From: an uncultured cyanobacterium
Lineage (GTDB): Bacteria; Cyanobacteriota; Cyanobacteriia; Cyanobacteriales; CAWCAG01
Length of the DNA: 64,000 nucleotides
NCBI GenBank assembly: GCA_963793425.1
Contig: CAWCAG010000005.1
Location: 480,001-544,000, forward strand
Direction: 5' to 3'
Of the stretch, positions 51,829-62,861 are shown piece by piece. The position numbers and the translations under genes were made by a program. Every line of letters starts with the position of its first letter. Positions within the stretch are counted from its first letter, which is position 1. The notes under the pieces are model-generated. The model searched no databases, was not told where the DNA came from, and worked only from the letters and a program-made list of their open reading frames with translations.

Positions 51829-51853
51829 AAAAAAGTACGGGTGCAAAGTTATT

Positions 51854-52069
51854 ATGTCTGACAATCAAGACGAGTCTTATTTTCGAGATTTCCTAGTTCC
51901 TAACTTAAAAAATACTGTAGAGTCAGCCAATTTTCAACATAAAATAGGCAATCATGACATCGCAAACTATTTCCTTCAACAGGCTAAGAAAGGGCTAGAA
52001 GAGTGCATTGAACAAAATAAGAAAGACAAAACCGAAGCAGAAGGAACAGGAGAAGATGAGGAAAACTGA
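51854..52069 (+). CDS. Hypothetical protein (71 aa)
   Basis: Open frame from ATG 51854; acidic C-terminus; no family recognised. Confidence 0.5.
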   Translation: MSDNQDESYFRDFLVPNLKNTVESANFQHKIGNHDIANYFLQQAKKGLEECIEQNKKDKTEAEGTGEDEEN

Positions 52070-52409
52070 TAGCTTTACAATTTGTCCTTGGCAGGAAATG
52101 GCTAGCGTTGTAACTCACTCCCGCTTGAGTGGCAAGAAACTAAGCAGTTTCCTGAATTTTGTCTTTGAATATTACTCACCAGTAGTAGTAATTTGTCAGT
52201 CAATGGAAAGTAGTTCCTACGCCTATATTTTTGCACAATCTGATAAATTTGTTGATGTGGCAAGTTTGTTAAAGATTCTGACTCGTTGGGAAATGGGCTG
52301 GAATTTGAGTGATGGCCTTTTATACTCACCTCGCCCCAGCAAATTGGAACCTCCTGAATTACAAAGGGCGATCGCCTCTGCCCGTAGGAAAGTTTTAGCT
52401 AATAAATAA
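52056..52409 (+). CDS. Hypothetical protein (117 aa)
   Basis: AGGAG-preceded ATG overlapping the previous stop; no family recognised. Confidence 0.55.
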   Translation: MRKTDSFTICPWQEMASVVTHSRLSGKKLSSFLNFVFEYYSPVVVICQSMESSSYAYIFAQSDKFVDVASLLKILTRWEMGWNLSDGLLYSPRPSKLEPPELQRAIASARRKVLANK

Positions 52410-52466
52410 AAGAAGCCATTAGAGTACCAAAATCAAAGAAATATTCTCACCAATTCTGAGATTTTC

Positions 52467-52499
52467 GCAACTAGCAACTAGCAACTAGCAACTAGCAAC
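52467..52499. repeat. Heptamer tandem repeat (GCAACTA)x4.7, STRR-like
   Basis: gcaacta gcaacta gcaacta gcaacta gcaac. Confidence 0.8.
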
Positions 52500-52504
52500 A
52501 AATC

Positions 52505-53776
52505 CTAATTCCAAACCTTAATAACCCGCCCAGTAACTTCTTTTTCCCACCAAGGAGTATTGGAACTTAAAGAATAAAGATTTTTTCTATCAACTTGCCA
52601 GGTTTTTTGTGGGGCAAATAAAACTAATTCTGCTTTTGTACCTGGAGTTAAAGGGGATGGTTTTTGCCCAAGACAATTTTTTGGCCCGACTGTTAAAGCT
52701 CTCCAGAGATCGATGGCAGATAAGATGCCTAGGGCGACTAATTTCTCCCACAATAAAGGTAGCATTAACTCTAAACCAATAGCTCCTGGGGGGGCTTCAG
52801 CGAAGGCGACGGTTTTTTCTTCGTAGGTGTAAGGACAATGATCTACTGCGATCGCCTCAATAATACCTTCTTTCACTCCCTCAATTAAAGCAATTCTATC
52901 TTCAGGATTTCCTAAAGGAGGTTCTAAACGTAAGTTGGGATGATAACTTTGAGTATCCTGGCTATCTAGAAGTAAGTGTAACCAAGAAGTACTTGCTGTG
53001 ACAGGAACACCACGCTTTTTCGCTTCAGCGATCAATTCTACACTACGGGCTGTGGATATAGCCATAATATGTACCTTCGTTCCCACTGCTGCTACCACTT
53101 CTAGTAAAGCAGCCAGGGCAGCAGCTTCTGCCATAGCAGGGTTTCCGGGCAAGCCGTAACGTAGGGAACAAGCCCCCTCACGCATCACCCCATTGCCCTG
53201 TAAATGAGCATCAACCGCCCTCAAAGCCACTGGTTTATCAAGAGGTTGCAAGTACTCTAATAACCTGCGTACCAGGGCGAGATCCCTCACTGAGGTTGCA
53301 TCTGTAAAGCCTATAACCCCCGCTGCACAGAGTTTAGCTAATTCGCTCATTTGTTCTCCTTTTCCCCCAACGGTAAGATTACCCCAAAAATTCATTTTTA
53401 CTGGGGCAATGAGGGAACTTTGAATTGCTTGTTGTTTGTGCTGAAGCAATACTAATTCTGCGGGATTATCAAGGGGAGGGGAGGTATTAGGCAAAATATT
53501 TAACTGAGTAAAGCCTCCCGCTGTAGCAGCCTGAGCTAAACTTAAAAGGGTTTCTCGCTCTTCATATCCTGGCTCTCCACTACGACTATAAAGGTCTATT
53601 AACCCAGGAGCAAGTATTAATCCCTGGCAATCGGTGACTATTGCCTCTGAGGGGAATTCTTGAATTTGAGGAGCAATAGCTTTAATAATTCCATTCACCA
53701 GCAAAACATCAGCTATGGCCTCTTTTCCCGAAACCGGGTCTAATACTCTTACTTGTTCCAGGAGTTCGCTATTCAT
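52505..53776 (-). CDS. pyrC: Dihydroorotase-like protein (long type; metal-binding HxH replaced)
   Basis: PGLIDLYSRSGEPG...AGGFT...LPNTSP, PPLG, AVDHCP, PGAIGLE. Confidence 0.85.
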   Translation of the reverse strand: MNSELLEQVRVLDPVSGKEAIADVLLVNGIIKAIAPQIQEFPSEAIVTDCQGLILAPGLIDLYSRSGEPGYEERETLLSLAQAATAGGFTQLNILPNTSPPLDNPAELVLLQHKQQAIQSSLIAPVKMNFWGNLTVGGKGEQMSELAKLCAAGVIGFTDATSVRDLALVRRLLEYLQPLDKPVALRAVDAHLQGNGVMREGACSLRYGLPGNPAMAEAAALAALLEVVAAVGTKVHIMAISTARSVELIAEAKKRGVPVTASTSWLHLLLDSQDTQSYHPNLRLEPPLGNPEDRIALIEGVKEGIIEAIAVDHCPYTYEEKTVAFAEAPPGAIGLELMLPLLWEKLVALGILSAIDLWRALTVGPKNCLGQKPSPLTPGTKAELVLFAPQKTWQVDRKNLYSLSSNTPWWEKEVTGRVIKVWN

Positions 53777-53957
53777 GAGCAAAGATTCTAGACTGAACCA
53801 GTAATTATGTCATCAGTAGAAAAGAAGAATTTGATGACTCTTTTTTACCTTTGACTGAGCTAGACGCAATAATTCCCTACTTTGAGCCATTAAACAATCA
53901 AGAACAAATGACTCATTTCTATTAAAATATGTAAATAAACTGAGAAGGAAAACCTAA

Positions 53958-55472
53958 ATGCGCGTTGCGATAGTTGGTGCGGGACTAGCAGGAATGGCTA
54001 CAGCCATTGACTTAGTTGATGCTGGTTATGAGGTAGAAATTTTTGAATCTCGTCCCTTTGTGGGAGGGAAAGTGGGTAGTTGGGTGGATAAAGACGGTAA
54101 TCATTTAGAAATGGGTTTACACGTCTTTTTTGGCTGCTACTACAATCTGTTTGGGTTGATGGAAAAGGTGGGGGCTATTGATAATTTACGCCTCAAGGAA
54201 CATACCCACAGTTTTATTAACCAAGGAGGAAGAGTTGGGCAACTTGATTTTCGCTTCCTCACCGGGGCCCCTTTTAATGGTTTGAAAGCTTTTTTCACTA
54301 CATCTCAACTTTCTTCGGTAGATAAAATTGCTAACTCCTTAGCTTTGGGAACAAGTCCTATTGTGCGGGGTTTAGTAGATTTTGAAGGGGCAATGAAAAA
54401 TATTCGCGCCCTGGATGCTATTAGTTTTGCTGATTGGTTTCGCAAACAGGGGGGCAATAATGGCAGCTTGAAAAAAATGTGGAACCCGATCGCTTATGCC
54501 CTGGGTTTCATTGACACAGAAAATATTTCTGCCCGTTGTATGCTGACCATTTTCCAACTCTTCGCCGCTAAAACCGAAGCTTCCGTTTTAAGGATGTTGG
54601 AAGGTTCGCCTTATGAATATCTCCACAAACCAATTATTGATTATTTAGAAGCGAGGGGAACAAAAATTCATACCCGCCGCCGAGTCAGAGAAATTCTTTT
54701 TCAAGGTGAAGGAAAAGAAACTCAGGTAACTGGTTTGGTAGTGGCTAACGGAGAAAGAGAAGAAACTATCACTGCTGATGCTTATGTTTGCGCCTGCGAT
54801 CTACCGGGTATACAAAGAATTTTGCCTCAAGAATGGCGCAAGTGGTCAGAGTTTGACAACATTTATCAACTAGAAGCTGTCCCTGTGGCTACAGTACAAT
54901 TGCGTTTTGATGGTTGGGTAACAGAGATGCAAGATCCTCAAAAGCGTCAACAGTTAGAAGCTGCAGCAGGTATTGATAACCTACTTTATACCCCTGATGC
55001 AGATTTTTCTTGTTTTGCGGATCTCGCCTTAACTAGTCCGGGAGATTATTACAAACAAGGAGAAGGTTCTTTACTACAATTAGTTTTAACTCCTGGAGAT
55101 CCTTTTATTAAAAAGAACAACCAAGAAATTGCCCAACACGTTTTGGCACAAGTGCAGGAACTTTTCCCCTCAGCTAGGGAATTGAATATGACTTGGTATA
55201 GTGTAGTGAAGTTAGCCCAATCTCTATATAGAGAAGCCCCCGGCATGGATGTTTATCGCCCGGCACAACAAACCCCAATTACTAACTTTTTTTTAGCTGG
55301 TAGCTACACTCAACAAGATTATATCGATAGTATGGAAGGAGCAACTCTTTCTGGTAAACAAGCTGCCCAAGCAATATTAGCAAGTCAAAAGCCAAAGGGC
55401 AAAAGTCAAAAGCCATTAGCAAAAGCTGTAGTCAAAAGCCAAAGGGCAAAAACTAGACAGCTTTTGCCATAG
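53958..55472 (+). CDS. crtQ: 9,9'-di-cis-zeta-carotene desaturase
   Basis: [39 protein letters not shown]. Confidence 0.96.
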   Translation: MRVAIVGAGLAGMATAIDLVDAGYEVEIFESRPFVGGKVGSWVDKDGNHLEMGLHVFFGCYYNLFGLMEKVGAIDNLRLKEHTHSFINQGGRVGQLDFRFLTGAPFNGLKAFFTTSQLSSVDKIANSLALGTSPIVRGLVDFEGAMKNIRALDAISFADWFRKQGGNNGSLKKMWNPIAYALGFIDTENISARCMLTIFQLFAAKTEASVLRMLEGSPYEYLHKPIIDYLEARGTKIHTRRRVREILFQGEGKETQVTGLVVANGEREETITADAYVCACDLPGIQRILPQEWRKWSEFDNIYQLEAVPVATVQLRFDGWVTEMQDPQKRQQLEAAAGIDNLLYTPDADFSCFADLALTSPGDYYKQGEGSLLQLVLTPGDPFIKKNNQEIAQHVLAQVQELFPSARELNMTWYSVVKLAQSLYREAPGMDVYRPAQQTPITNFFLAGSYTQQDYIDSMEGATLSGKQAAQAILASQKPKGKSQKPLAKAVVKSQRAKTRQLLP

Positions 55473-55529
55473 ACTATGGTTAGGGTTAAGTCAAAAATTT
55501 CTCTCAACAGTAGGTAATAGTATTACTGC

Positions 55530-55558
55530 TTATTACTTATTACTTATTACTTATTACT
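55530..55558. repeat. Heptamer tandem repeat (TTATTAC)x4
   Basis: ttattac ttattac ttattac ttattac. Confidence 0.75.
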
Positions 55559-55566
55559 TGAATCAA

Positions 55567-56004
55567 ATGTCCAAGTGGTTAGAACATAGTGTACAAGTCG
55601 AAGTTGATATTCCCATTGAACTAGTATGGGGTTTGTGGTCAGATTTAGAACAAATGCCCCGTTGGATGAAGTGGATTGATTCGGTTAGAGTCTTAGAAGA
55701 TCAGCCGGAAATTTCTCGCTGGAAACTAGCTAGTGGTGTTTGGGAATTTACTTGGCTATCTCGTATTTTAAAGTTAGTTCCCCAACAAATTGTGCAATGG
55801 GAATCTGTGGATGGTTTACCAAACCGAGGGGCAGTACGCTTTTATGATCGTAAAGGTAGCAGTATTGTCAAATTAACTGTAGCCTATCAGGTTCCGAGGA
55901 TTTTAGAAATTGTCGATAATCTCTTTCTGGGGCAAATTGTCGAATCTTCTCTCCAAGCTGATATGGAAAGATTTAAAGAATATGCAATGCAGGTGCAAGA
56001 GTAG
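55567..56004 (+). CDS. SRPBCC (polyketide cyclase/dehydrase-like) protein
   Basis: WLEHSVQVEV..PIELVWGLWSDLEQMPRWM, GLPNRGAVRF; follows crtQ. Confidence 0.9.
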   Translation: MSKWLEHSVQVEVDIPIELVWGLWSDLEQMPRWMKWIDSVRVLEDQPEISRWKLASGVWEFTWLSRILKLVPQQIVQWESVDGLPNRGAVRFYDRKGSSIVKLTVAYQVPRILEIVDNLFLGQIVESSLQADMERFKEYAMQVQE

Positions 56005-56052
56005 AGCCCAAATCCTAAGCAAAGAATTTTAAGTGAGGGGGAAAAATGAGCA

Positions 56053-56568
56053 ATGAGTGATGATTCATTTCCATCAGTAGAACAAACTTTGGGGGCTTGC
56101 TTAGCGCTTACTGGCTTAACTTTAACTTTTGCTGTAGATGGTTCTGTTCCTGAAACGCAACAAGCCAGTGTAAACTCAAACAAATTACTACCCAAAGTTA
56201 GTTTAAACAATGATGGGCAACGTTGGCTAGAAATAGACCTTTCTGACCAAAGATTGTTTGCTTGGGAAGGGAATACTCAAGTTCATGCTGTCATTGTCTC
56301 TACTGGCAAGAGTAGCACTCCTACCCCGACAGGAAAGTTTACTATTGGGCAAAAGCTTCCTCAACAGCGAATGCAGGGGGCTGGGTACAGTCTCCCCAAT
56401 GTCCCTCATGTCATGTACTATTCTGGCAATTACGCTATACACGGTACTTACTGGCATAACAACTTTGGCATTCCTGTTAGTCATGGTTGCATTAATTTGG
56501 CCCCGGATCAAGCTAGTTGGTTTTATGACTGGGCTGCTTTGGGGACACCTGTGGTTATTCATGAGTAG
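56053..56568 (+). CDS. L,D-transpeptidase (YkuD/ErfK family)
   Basis: IDLSDQRL, VSTGK..TPTPTG, AIHGTYW, SHGCINL. Confidence 0.93.
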   Translation: MSDDSFPSVEQTLGACLALTGLTLTFAVDGSVPETQQASVNSNKLLPKVSLNNDGQRWLEIDLSDQRLFAWEGNTQVHAVIVSTGKSSTPTPTGKFTIGQKLPQQRMQGAGYSLPNVPHVMYYSGNYAIHGTYWHNNFGIPVSHGCINLAPDQASWFYDWAALGTPVVIHE

Positions 56569-56673
56569 AATTGCTGGAAATGGGGAGCTGGGGAAATGGG
56601 GAAGTAATAATTTGAGAATTTACTGTTTCCTCTGCAATAGGAATTGCCGTAAATCGCAAATGTAGAGTCTTTC

Positions 56674-56688
56674 ATGCACTATTAGCAT
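56674..56688 (+). promoter_or_regulatory. NtcB-binding site upstream of nirA
   Basis: ATGC-ACTATTA-GCAT, exact ATGC-N7-GCAT. Confidence 0.75.
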
Positions 56689-56725
56689 CAAATCAAACAC
56701 AAGACGCATTGAAGTACAGGTTAAT

Positions 56726-56767
56726 GTATAAGGCTACACATTTTATCTCCTCAAATACTAATAACTT
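56726..56767 (+). promoter_or_regulatory. NtcA-type promoter of nirA
   Basis: tGTA-TAAGGCTA-CACa (one mismatch to GTA-N8-TAC), then TAACTT (-10, TAN3T) 22 nt later. Confidence 0.65.
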
Positions 56768-56922
56768 AAACAGAAACTAACAAAAGTAGTTTTTTTTACT
56801 GAAGGAAGTAGCCTCAACCATTAAGCTGTTACACGAACTAGGGGAAAACACTTTTAATATCCATAAGGCTGCATCTGAGGCTAAATCAGTATAAATAGAG
56901 GAATCTTTAATAGGGAAAATAT

Positions 56923-58464
56923 ATGACTAGTGCTACCAAGCCAGCTAAATTAAACAAATTTGAAAAATTTAAAGCCAAAAAAGATGGATTAGATATTAAA
57001 GATGAACTAGAACATTTTGCCCAAATAGGTTGGGAAGCCGTTGAAGCAGACGACTTACAACATCGCCTCAAGTGGGTAGGAGTTTTTCATCGCCCCGTAA
57101 CTCCTGGCAAATTTATGTTGCGGATGCGTACCCCCAACGGCATTCTTAATAGTACTCAGTTGCAAGTATTAGCGGAGATTGTCCAGCGCTATGGAGAAGA
57201 TGGTAGCGCCGATATTACTACCAGGCAGAATCTTCAGCTAAGGGGAGTACATTTAGAAGATATTCCTGATATTTTCCGCCGCTTTGATGAAGTAGGCTTA
57301 ACTTCCATGCAATCTGGTATGGATAATGTCCGCAACATCACCGGTTCCCCCGTTGCGGGTATTGATGCTAATGAATTGATTGATACCAGGGAATTGGTAC
57401 AAAAAGTTCAAGATGCCATCACTAATAGCGGTGAGGGAAACTATGAATTTACTAATCTACCTCGCAAATTCAACATTGCTATTGAGGGAGGAAGGGATAA
57501 CTCAGTTCATGCTGAAATTAATGATATTGCTTTTGTTCCTGCCTACAAAGATGGGGAATTAGGTTTTAATGTTGTTGTTGGTGGTTTCTTTTCTGCTAAG
57601 CGTTGCGAAGCTGCAATCCCTCTTCATGCTTGGGTTGCTCCTCAAGTAGAAGATGTTGTTGATCTTTCTTTAGCTATCCTCAAAGTCTATCGTGACAATG
57701 GTTCCCGTGCTAATCGCCAAAAATCTCGCATGATGTGGCTGATTGATGAATGGGGCATTGCCAAATTCCGGGATGAGGTAGAAAAAGAGTTTGGTCGTCC
57801 CTTGGCATCAGAAGCCCCAGAAGATGCTATAGACTGGGATAAACTTGACCACATTGGCGTTTATCCTCAAAAACAAGCAGAGTTAAACTACGTTGGTTTA
57901 TATGTTCCTGTGGGTAAATTATCTGCCCAGGAGATGTTTGATTTGGCGCGGTTAGCAGAAGTTTATGGCAGTAGCGAAGTGCGCTTCACTGTAGAACAAA
58001 ACGTCATTATTCCTAACATCAATGATGCTAACTTAGATGCGTTTTTGGCAGAACCTCTTTTGCAAAAATTCACCATTGCCCCTAACATTTTGGAGCGATC
58101 GCTAGTTTCCTGCACTGGGGCGGAGTTTTGCAACTTTGCTTTAATTGAAACCAAAAATCGCGCTTTAGCAATGATTCGTGATCTACAAGCTGAGTTAGAA
58201 ATACCTGAAAGGGTACGTATTCACTGGACAGGTTGTCCTAATTCCTGTGGACAACCCCAGGTTGCTGATATCGGTTTGATGGGAACCAAGGTACGCAAAG
58301 ATGGCAAAACCACAGAAGGAGTTGATCTTTATATGGGAGGTAAAGTCGGTAAAGATGCTCATCTGGGTAGTTGTGTGCAAAAGGGCATTGCTTGCGATGA
58401 TTTGCCGGAATTTCTACGCACTTTGTTAATTAAAGATTTTGGTGCAAAACCCCGAAAAAGTTAA
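56923..58464 (+). CDS. nirA: Ferredoxin-nitrite reductase
   Basis: TTRQNLQ, SGMDNVRN, NLPRKFN, SCTGAEFC, TGCPNSC. Confidence 0.97.
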   Translation: MTSATKPAKLNKFEKFKAKKDGLDIKDELEHFAQIGWEAVEADDLQHRLKWVGVFHRPVTPGKFMLRMRTPNGILNSTQLQVLAEIVQRYGEDGSADITTRQNLQLRGVHLEDIPDIFRRFDEVGLTSMQSGMDNVRNITGSPVAGIDANELIDTRELVQKVQDAITNSGEGNYEFTNLPRKFNIAIEGGRDNSVHAEINDIAFVPAYKDGELGFNVVVGGFFSAKRCEAAIPLHAWVAPQVEDVVDLSLAILKVYRDNGSRANRQKSRMMWLIDEWGIAKFRDEVEKEFGRPLASEAPEDAIDWDKLDHIGVYPQKQAELNYVGLYVPVGKLSAQEMFDLARLAEVYGSSEVRFTVEQNVIIPNINDANLDAFLAEPLLQKFTIAPNILERSLVSCTGAEFCNFALIETKNRALAMIRDLQAELEIPERVRIHWTGCPNSCGQPQVADIGLMGTKVRKDGKTTEGVDLYMGGKVGKDAHLGSCVQKGIACDDLPEFLRTLLIKDFGAKPRKS

Positions 58465-58643
58465 ATGATTTAGCTGTTTTTTCCTTTTTATAAAAGCAGG
58501 AAATTGTCTTATTGAGGTAATTTTTTGGTTAATAGATTACCAGCTATTAACCAACATTATTGCTATGAAAATTTCACTTGTAACTTTCCTTTATGCGTTT
58601 GCATCATAACATCATAAAAAAAACGAAATCAATTAGTTTTTTT

Positions 58644-58657
58644 GTTACGAAGAATAC
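58644..58657 (+). promoter_or_regulatory. Possible NtcA site upstream of nrtP
   Basis: GTT-ACGAAGAA-TAC (one mismatch); no well-spaced -10 box. Confidence 0.4.
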
Positions 58658-58981
58658 TAAAACAAAACTGAATAGGGTTAATTATATGTAGCTATATTGC
58701 ATCAATTTCAATGTTCTTACTTAGTCAAACAAAAAATCTTAATCAACTTGACTAGCTAAAGAAGAACTGGATTTTTTAAGTCCTCTTTGTTTAACAAAGT
58801 TAAGACTAGATAAGAGAAACATCATCAAACCCCCTGAATATGTTGACTTTCCTGAATGATTTTATTCCTGGGTTAAGCGAACATCAAAAATGTTTTTTTA
58901 ACCTTAACTAACGAGAGTGCATACTGCTTTTTAAAGTTGAAGTCTTTTATTGTTGTCCCCTCCATTGAAAGGAAGTAAAAA

Positions 58982-60499
58982 ATGCTCAAAGAAATGTGGT
59001 CGTTCCGAGGTAGATATAAAATCCTCCACATGACCTGGTTTGCCTTTTTCCTAACCTTTGTAATCTGGTTTAACTTAGCGCCTTTTGCCACCTCAATTAA
59101 GGCAGATTTTGGCTTAGAGGAAGGTCAAATTAGAACCCTAGCAATTTGTAACGTCGCCCTAACAGTTCCTGCCCGAATTATCATTGGGATGCTGTTAGAT
59201 AGATTCGGACCAAGAATTACTTTCACCTGTCTACTAATTTATGCAGCTATTCCTTGTCTAGCTTTTGCTTCAGCCCAAGACTTCGGACAATTAGTAGCCA
59301 GCCGTTTAGCCCTGAGTATTGTTGGTGGTGGTTTTGTAATCGGCATCCGCATGACAGCAGAGTGGTTTCCTCCTAAAGAAATTGGCTTGGCAGAAGGTAT
59401 TTATGGTGGTTGGGGTAACTTTGGTTCGGCGGCATCAGCTTTCACCCTCCCCACCATTGCTGCTTTGCTAACTTTTGGTGCTGGTGGTGATATCCTTAAC
59501 TGGCGCTTAACTATCGCTTTGACAGGTATTATTGCAGCTATCTATGGCGTAATTTACTACTTTAGCGTTCAAAATACTCCTCCCGGCAAAGTTTATCAGC
59601 GTCCTGCTAGTGCTAGAGGAATTGAAGTTACCAGCAAAGGTGATTTTTGGTTCTTACTTTTAATGAATGCGCCCCTTTCCCTCATTCTTGGTGTTCTTGC
59701 TTGGCGCTTAAACAAAGTTGGCTTCTTTACAACCAACGCAATGTATATCACCTGGGCTGGTTTAGTTGCTTTATATCTGTTCCAAGCTTACAACTGCTGG
59801 GTTGTTAACAAAGACTTAATGACAGGCAGAAAACGCTATGCCCCGGAAGAACGTTATAACTTTGCTCAAGTTGCCATTCTCGAACTTACCTATGTCGTTA
59901 ACTTTGGTTCAGAACTAGCGGTAGTTTCGATGCTGCCAGCATTCTTTGAAGCAACTTTTGGTTTAGATAAGCAAGCTGCGGGTATGATTGCAGCTAGTTA
60001 CGCTTTCATGAACCTAGTGTCCCGTCCTGGCGGTGGTTTAATCTCTGACAAACTGGGCAGCCGCAAATTAACCATGGGGGTACTAACCTTCTGTATGGGT
60101 GTTGGCTACCTAATTTTCAGTACCGTAACTGGAGGTTGGTGGCTTCCTGCTGCTGTATTGCTAGTCATGGCTTGTTCTTTCTTCGTCCAAGCTGGTGAAG
60201 GTTCCACCTTTGCTATGGTTCCTTTAATTAAGCGTCGCGTTACTGGTCAAATTGCTGGTAACGTTGGTGCTTACGGTAACGTTGGTGCAGTAGCTTACTT
60301 AACCATGTACAGTTTGTTACCTGAAGGAGACGTTGGCAACCGTATCTTCTTCCAAGTATTGGGAGTTGCGGCTGTGGTAGTGGGCTTCCTATGTTTCTTT
60401 GTTCTCAAAGAACCCAAAGGTTCCTTTGCCGATTTCCATGAAGGAGAAGATGCTCACTCAGAAGAGCCTATTGTGGAAACTAGAGAAGTTGTTAATTAA
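58982..60499 (+). CDS. nrtP: NarK-family nitrate/nitrite MFS permease
   Basis: GLAEGIYGGWGNFG nitrate signature, RPGGGLISD, GNVGAYGNVG; lies between nirA and narB. Confidence 0.95.
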   Translation: MLKEMWSFRGRYKILHMTWFAFFLTFVIWFNLAPFATSIKADFGLEEGQIRTLAICNVALTVPARIIIGMLLDRFGPRITFTCLLIYAAIPCLAFASAQDFGQLVASRLALSIVGGGFVIGIRMTAEWFPPKEIGLAEGIYGGWGNFGSAASAFTLPTIAALLTFGAGGDILNWRLTIALTGIIAAIYGVIYYFSVQNTPPGKVYQRPASARGIEVTSKGDFWFLLLMNAPLSLILGVLAWRLNKVGFFTTNAMYITWAGLVALYLFQAYNCWVVNKDLMTGRKRYAPEERYNFAQVAILELTYVVNFGSELAVVSMLPAFFEATFGLDKQAAGMIAASYAFMNLVSRPGGGLISDKLGSRKLTMGVLTFCMGVGYLIFSTVTGGWWLPAAVLLVMACSFFVQAGEGSTFAMVPLIKRRVTGQIAGNVGAYGNVGAVAYLTMYSLLPEGDVGNRIFFQVLGVAAVVVGFLCFFVLKEPKGSFADFHEGEDAHSEEPIVETREVVN

Positions 60500-60531
60500 T
60501 AGCTTTTGGTAAAACCTCAAGTAAGAAGGAC

Positions 60532-60557
60532 GGGGCGATCTTGTTGAAGATTGCCCT
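60532..60557 (+). terminator. Intercistronic hairpin between nrtP and narB
   Basis: GGGGCGATCTT-GTTG-AAGATTGCCCT. Confidence 0.45.
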
Positions 60558-60640
60558 AACTTCACTCCTAAATCAGATTAGCCAATTAGATGTTTGACAT
60601 AAACTGACTAATAGTAATCAAGTTATTAAACCAGGAAGCA

Positions 60641-62860
60641 ATGACCGATTCAGCAAAAACTCTTTGTCCTTACTGTGGCGTTGGTTGTGGGCTGGAAGTC
60701 TCGCCTCCTGCAATTCCTGGTCGTCCGACAAATCGCGATAGTCAAGGAAATCCGATCTGGAGAGTGAGGGGCGATCGCGAACATCCTTCTAGTAAAGGGC
60801 AAGTTTGTGTCAAGGGAGCAACCGTTGCTGAATCCTTAGATAAAGACCGTCTTAAATATCCCATGTTCCGGGAGTCTTTAACAGAACCATTTCGCCGCGT
60901 GAGTTGGGAAGAAGCTTTTGAGGAGATAGTAGAGCGAATCAAAAATATTTGCCTTACTCAAAGTCCGGAAGCAATCTGTATGTATGGTTCCGGTCAATTC
61001 CAAACAGAAGATTATTATACTGCCCAAAAATTGCTTAAAGGTTGTCTTGGCACTAACAACTTTGATGCTAACTCCCGTCTTTGTATGTCCTCAGCAGTGG
61101 CTGGTTATAGTCAAAGTTTTGGTTCCGATGGCCCCCCTTGTTGTTACGATGACCTAGAAGAAACCGATTGTGCTTTTTTGATTGGTACGAACACCGCAGA
61201 ATGTCACCCCATCGTTTTTAATCGCTTGCGGAAGCATCACAAAAAAAATCGCCATGTGAAAATGATTGTGGTTGATCCCCGCAGAACCCCAACAGCAGAA
61301 GTTGCGGATTTGCACTTGGCTATTAAACCAGGAACAGATATTGACTTGCTTAACGGTATTGCTAACCTTTTGATGCGTTGGGGTAAGTTAGATACCCTTT
61401 TTATTGATAGCTGTACCAAAGATTTCGCTGCCTATGCAGAAATTATTCCTTATTACCCCCCAGAATTAGTCGCCCGTAGATGTGGCATTCGCCTCGATGA
61501 ATTAGAACAAGCTGCTCGTTATTGGGCAAATTCTAACCGTGTCCTCTCCATGTGGTCGATGGGCATTAACCAATCTTCGGAAGGTACAGCGAAAGTACGT
61601 ACTATTATCAACCTTCATCTCATGACTGGCAATATTGGTAAGCCGGGGGCAGGGCCTTTTTCTTTAACGGGGCAGCCCAATGCCATGGGAGGAAGAGAAG
61701 CAGGAGGACTGGCACATATTTTACCGGGTTATCGAGTAGTTAAAAATCCTCAACATCGCGCTGAAGTCGAACAGGCTTGGGGACTGGAATCAGGTAGTAT
61801 TTCTGCTTATCCCGGCAAAGATACTTGGAGTATGATTACTGGCTTGGAGCGAGGTGAGGTAGGTTTTTTGTGGATTGCTGCTACTAATCCGGCAGTGAGT
61901 ATGCCGGATATCCGCAGAACTCAAGCAGCTTTAAGAAAGTCTCCCTTCACGGTTTATCAAGATTCCTACTACCCTACAGAAACCTCAGAATACGCCCACT
62001 TGCTGCTTCCTGCTGCCCAGTGGAGTGAAAAAACTGGTACAATGACAAACTCAGAACGAGTTGTTACCCTTTGCCCTGAGTTTCGCTACCGTCCAGGGGA
62101 AGCAAAAGCAGATTGGGAGATTTTTGCGGAGGTGGGGCGGCGTTTAGGTTTTGAAAAAGAATTTGATTTTCCTAACTCCGCTGCTGTTTATGCTGAGTTT
62201 ACCCAACTAACTCGGAATCGCCCTTGTGATGCCAGCGGAATTAGTTACGAACGGTTGCAAGAAGAAGGACCAATTCAATGGCCTTGTCCAGAAAATCAAG
62301 AAGATGCCCATGTCCCTAATGACCATGGGAAAAGACTTTATACAAATCTCCAGTTTAATACCCCAGATAAAAGAGCAGTTTTCGCTGCGTTCCATTCACG
62401 AGGTTTAGCAGAACCCCCCGACGAGGGTTATCCTTTCGTCTTAACCATAGGTCGGGTTTACGGCCACTGGCACACTCAAACCCGTACCGGACGTATTGAA
62501 AAGATTGTGAAGATGCACTCCGAACCTTTCGTTGAAATTCATCCCCAAGATGCTAAGAAAGTTGGCATTAAAGATGGGGACTGGCTCTTGGTGCGATCCC
62601 GTCGCGGTACTTGTCGCTTACCCAGTATCGTTACCAAAGCAATCGCACCTGGTACAGTGTTTGCACCAATGCACTGGGGCGCTCTTTGGGCTGATGATGC
62701 GGAAGTAAATGCCCTTACTCATGCAGAAGCCTGTCCTTCCTCCCTTCAGCCGGAGTTGAAAGCTTGTGCTGTTCAACTCGTACCCGTTGCTGCTGAGTCG
62801 AATGAATCAGATGCTCTGGTCAATCTCAAAGAGCAAGTAACCACGGAATTAAGGACTTAA
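60641..62860 (+). CDS. narB: Ferredoxin-nitrate reductase (Mo-bisPGD)
   Basis: CPYCGVGC...[39 protein letters not shown]. Confidence 0.97.
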   Translation: MTDSAKTLCPYCGVGCGLEVSPPAIPGRPTNRDSQGNPIWRVRGDREHPSSKGQVCVKGATVAESLDKDRLKYPMFRESLTEPFRRVSWEEAFEEIVERIKNICLTQSPEAICMYGSGQFQTEDYYTAQKLLKGCLGTNNFDANSRLCMSSAVAGYSQSFGSDGPPCCYDDLEETDCAFLIGTNTAECHPIVFNRLRKHHKKNRHVKMIVVDPRRTPTAEVADLHLAIKPGTDIDLLNGIANLLMRWGKLDTLFIDSCTKDFAAYAEIIPYYPPELVARRCGIRLDELEQAARYWANSNRVLSMWSMGINQSSEGTAKVRTIINLHLMTGNIGKPGAGPFSLTGQPNAMGGREAGGLAHILPGYRVVKNPQHRAEVEQAWGLESGSISAYPGKDTWSMITGLERGEVGFLWIAATNPAVSMPDIRRTQAALRKSPFTVYQDSYYPTETSEYAHLLLPAAQWSEKTGTMTNSERVVTLCPEFRYRPGEAKADWEIFAEVGRRLGFEKEFDFPNSAAVYAEFTQLTRNRPCDASGISYERLQEEGPIQWPCPENQEDAHVPNDHGKRLYTNLQFNTPDKRAVFAAFHSRGLAEPPDEGYPFVLTIGRVYGHWHTQTRTGRIEKIVKMHSEPFVEIHPQDAKKVGIKDGDWLLVRSRRGTCRLPSIVTKAIAPGTVFAPMHWGALWADDAEVNALTHAEACPSSLQPELKACAVQLVPVAAESNESDALVNLKEQVTTELRT

Positions 62861-62861
62861 G

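Noticed and set aside
52505..53776. Loss of HxH in the dihydroorotase-like protein as a novelty
   Set aside because: Inactive PyrC-like subunits of this kind are an established class.
2918..62408. Many short ORFs nested in or antisense to long genes (e.g. 12387..12758, 33614..34051, 40467..40838, 56258..56665)
   Set aside because: Shadow frames of well-supported genes with no independent coding signal.
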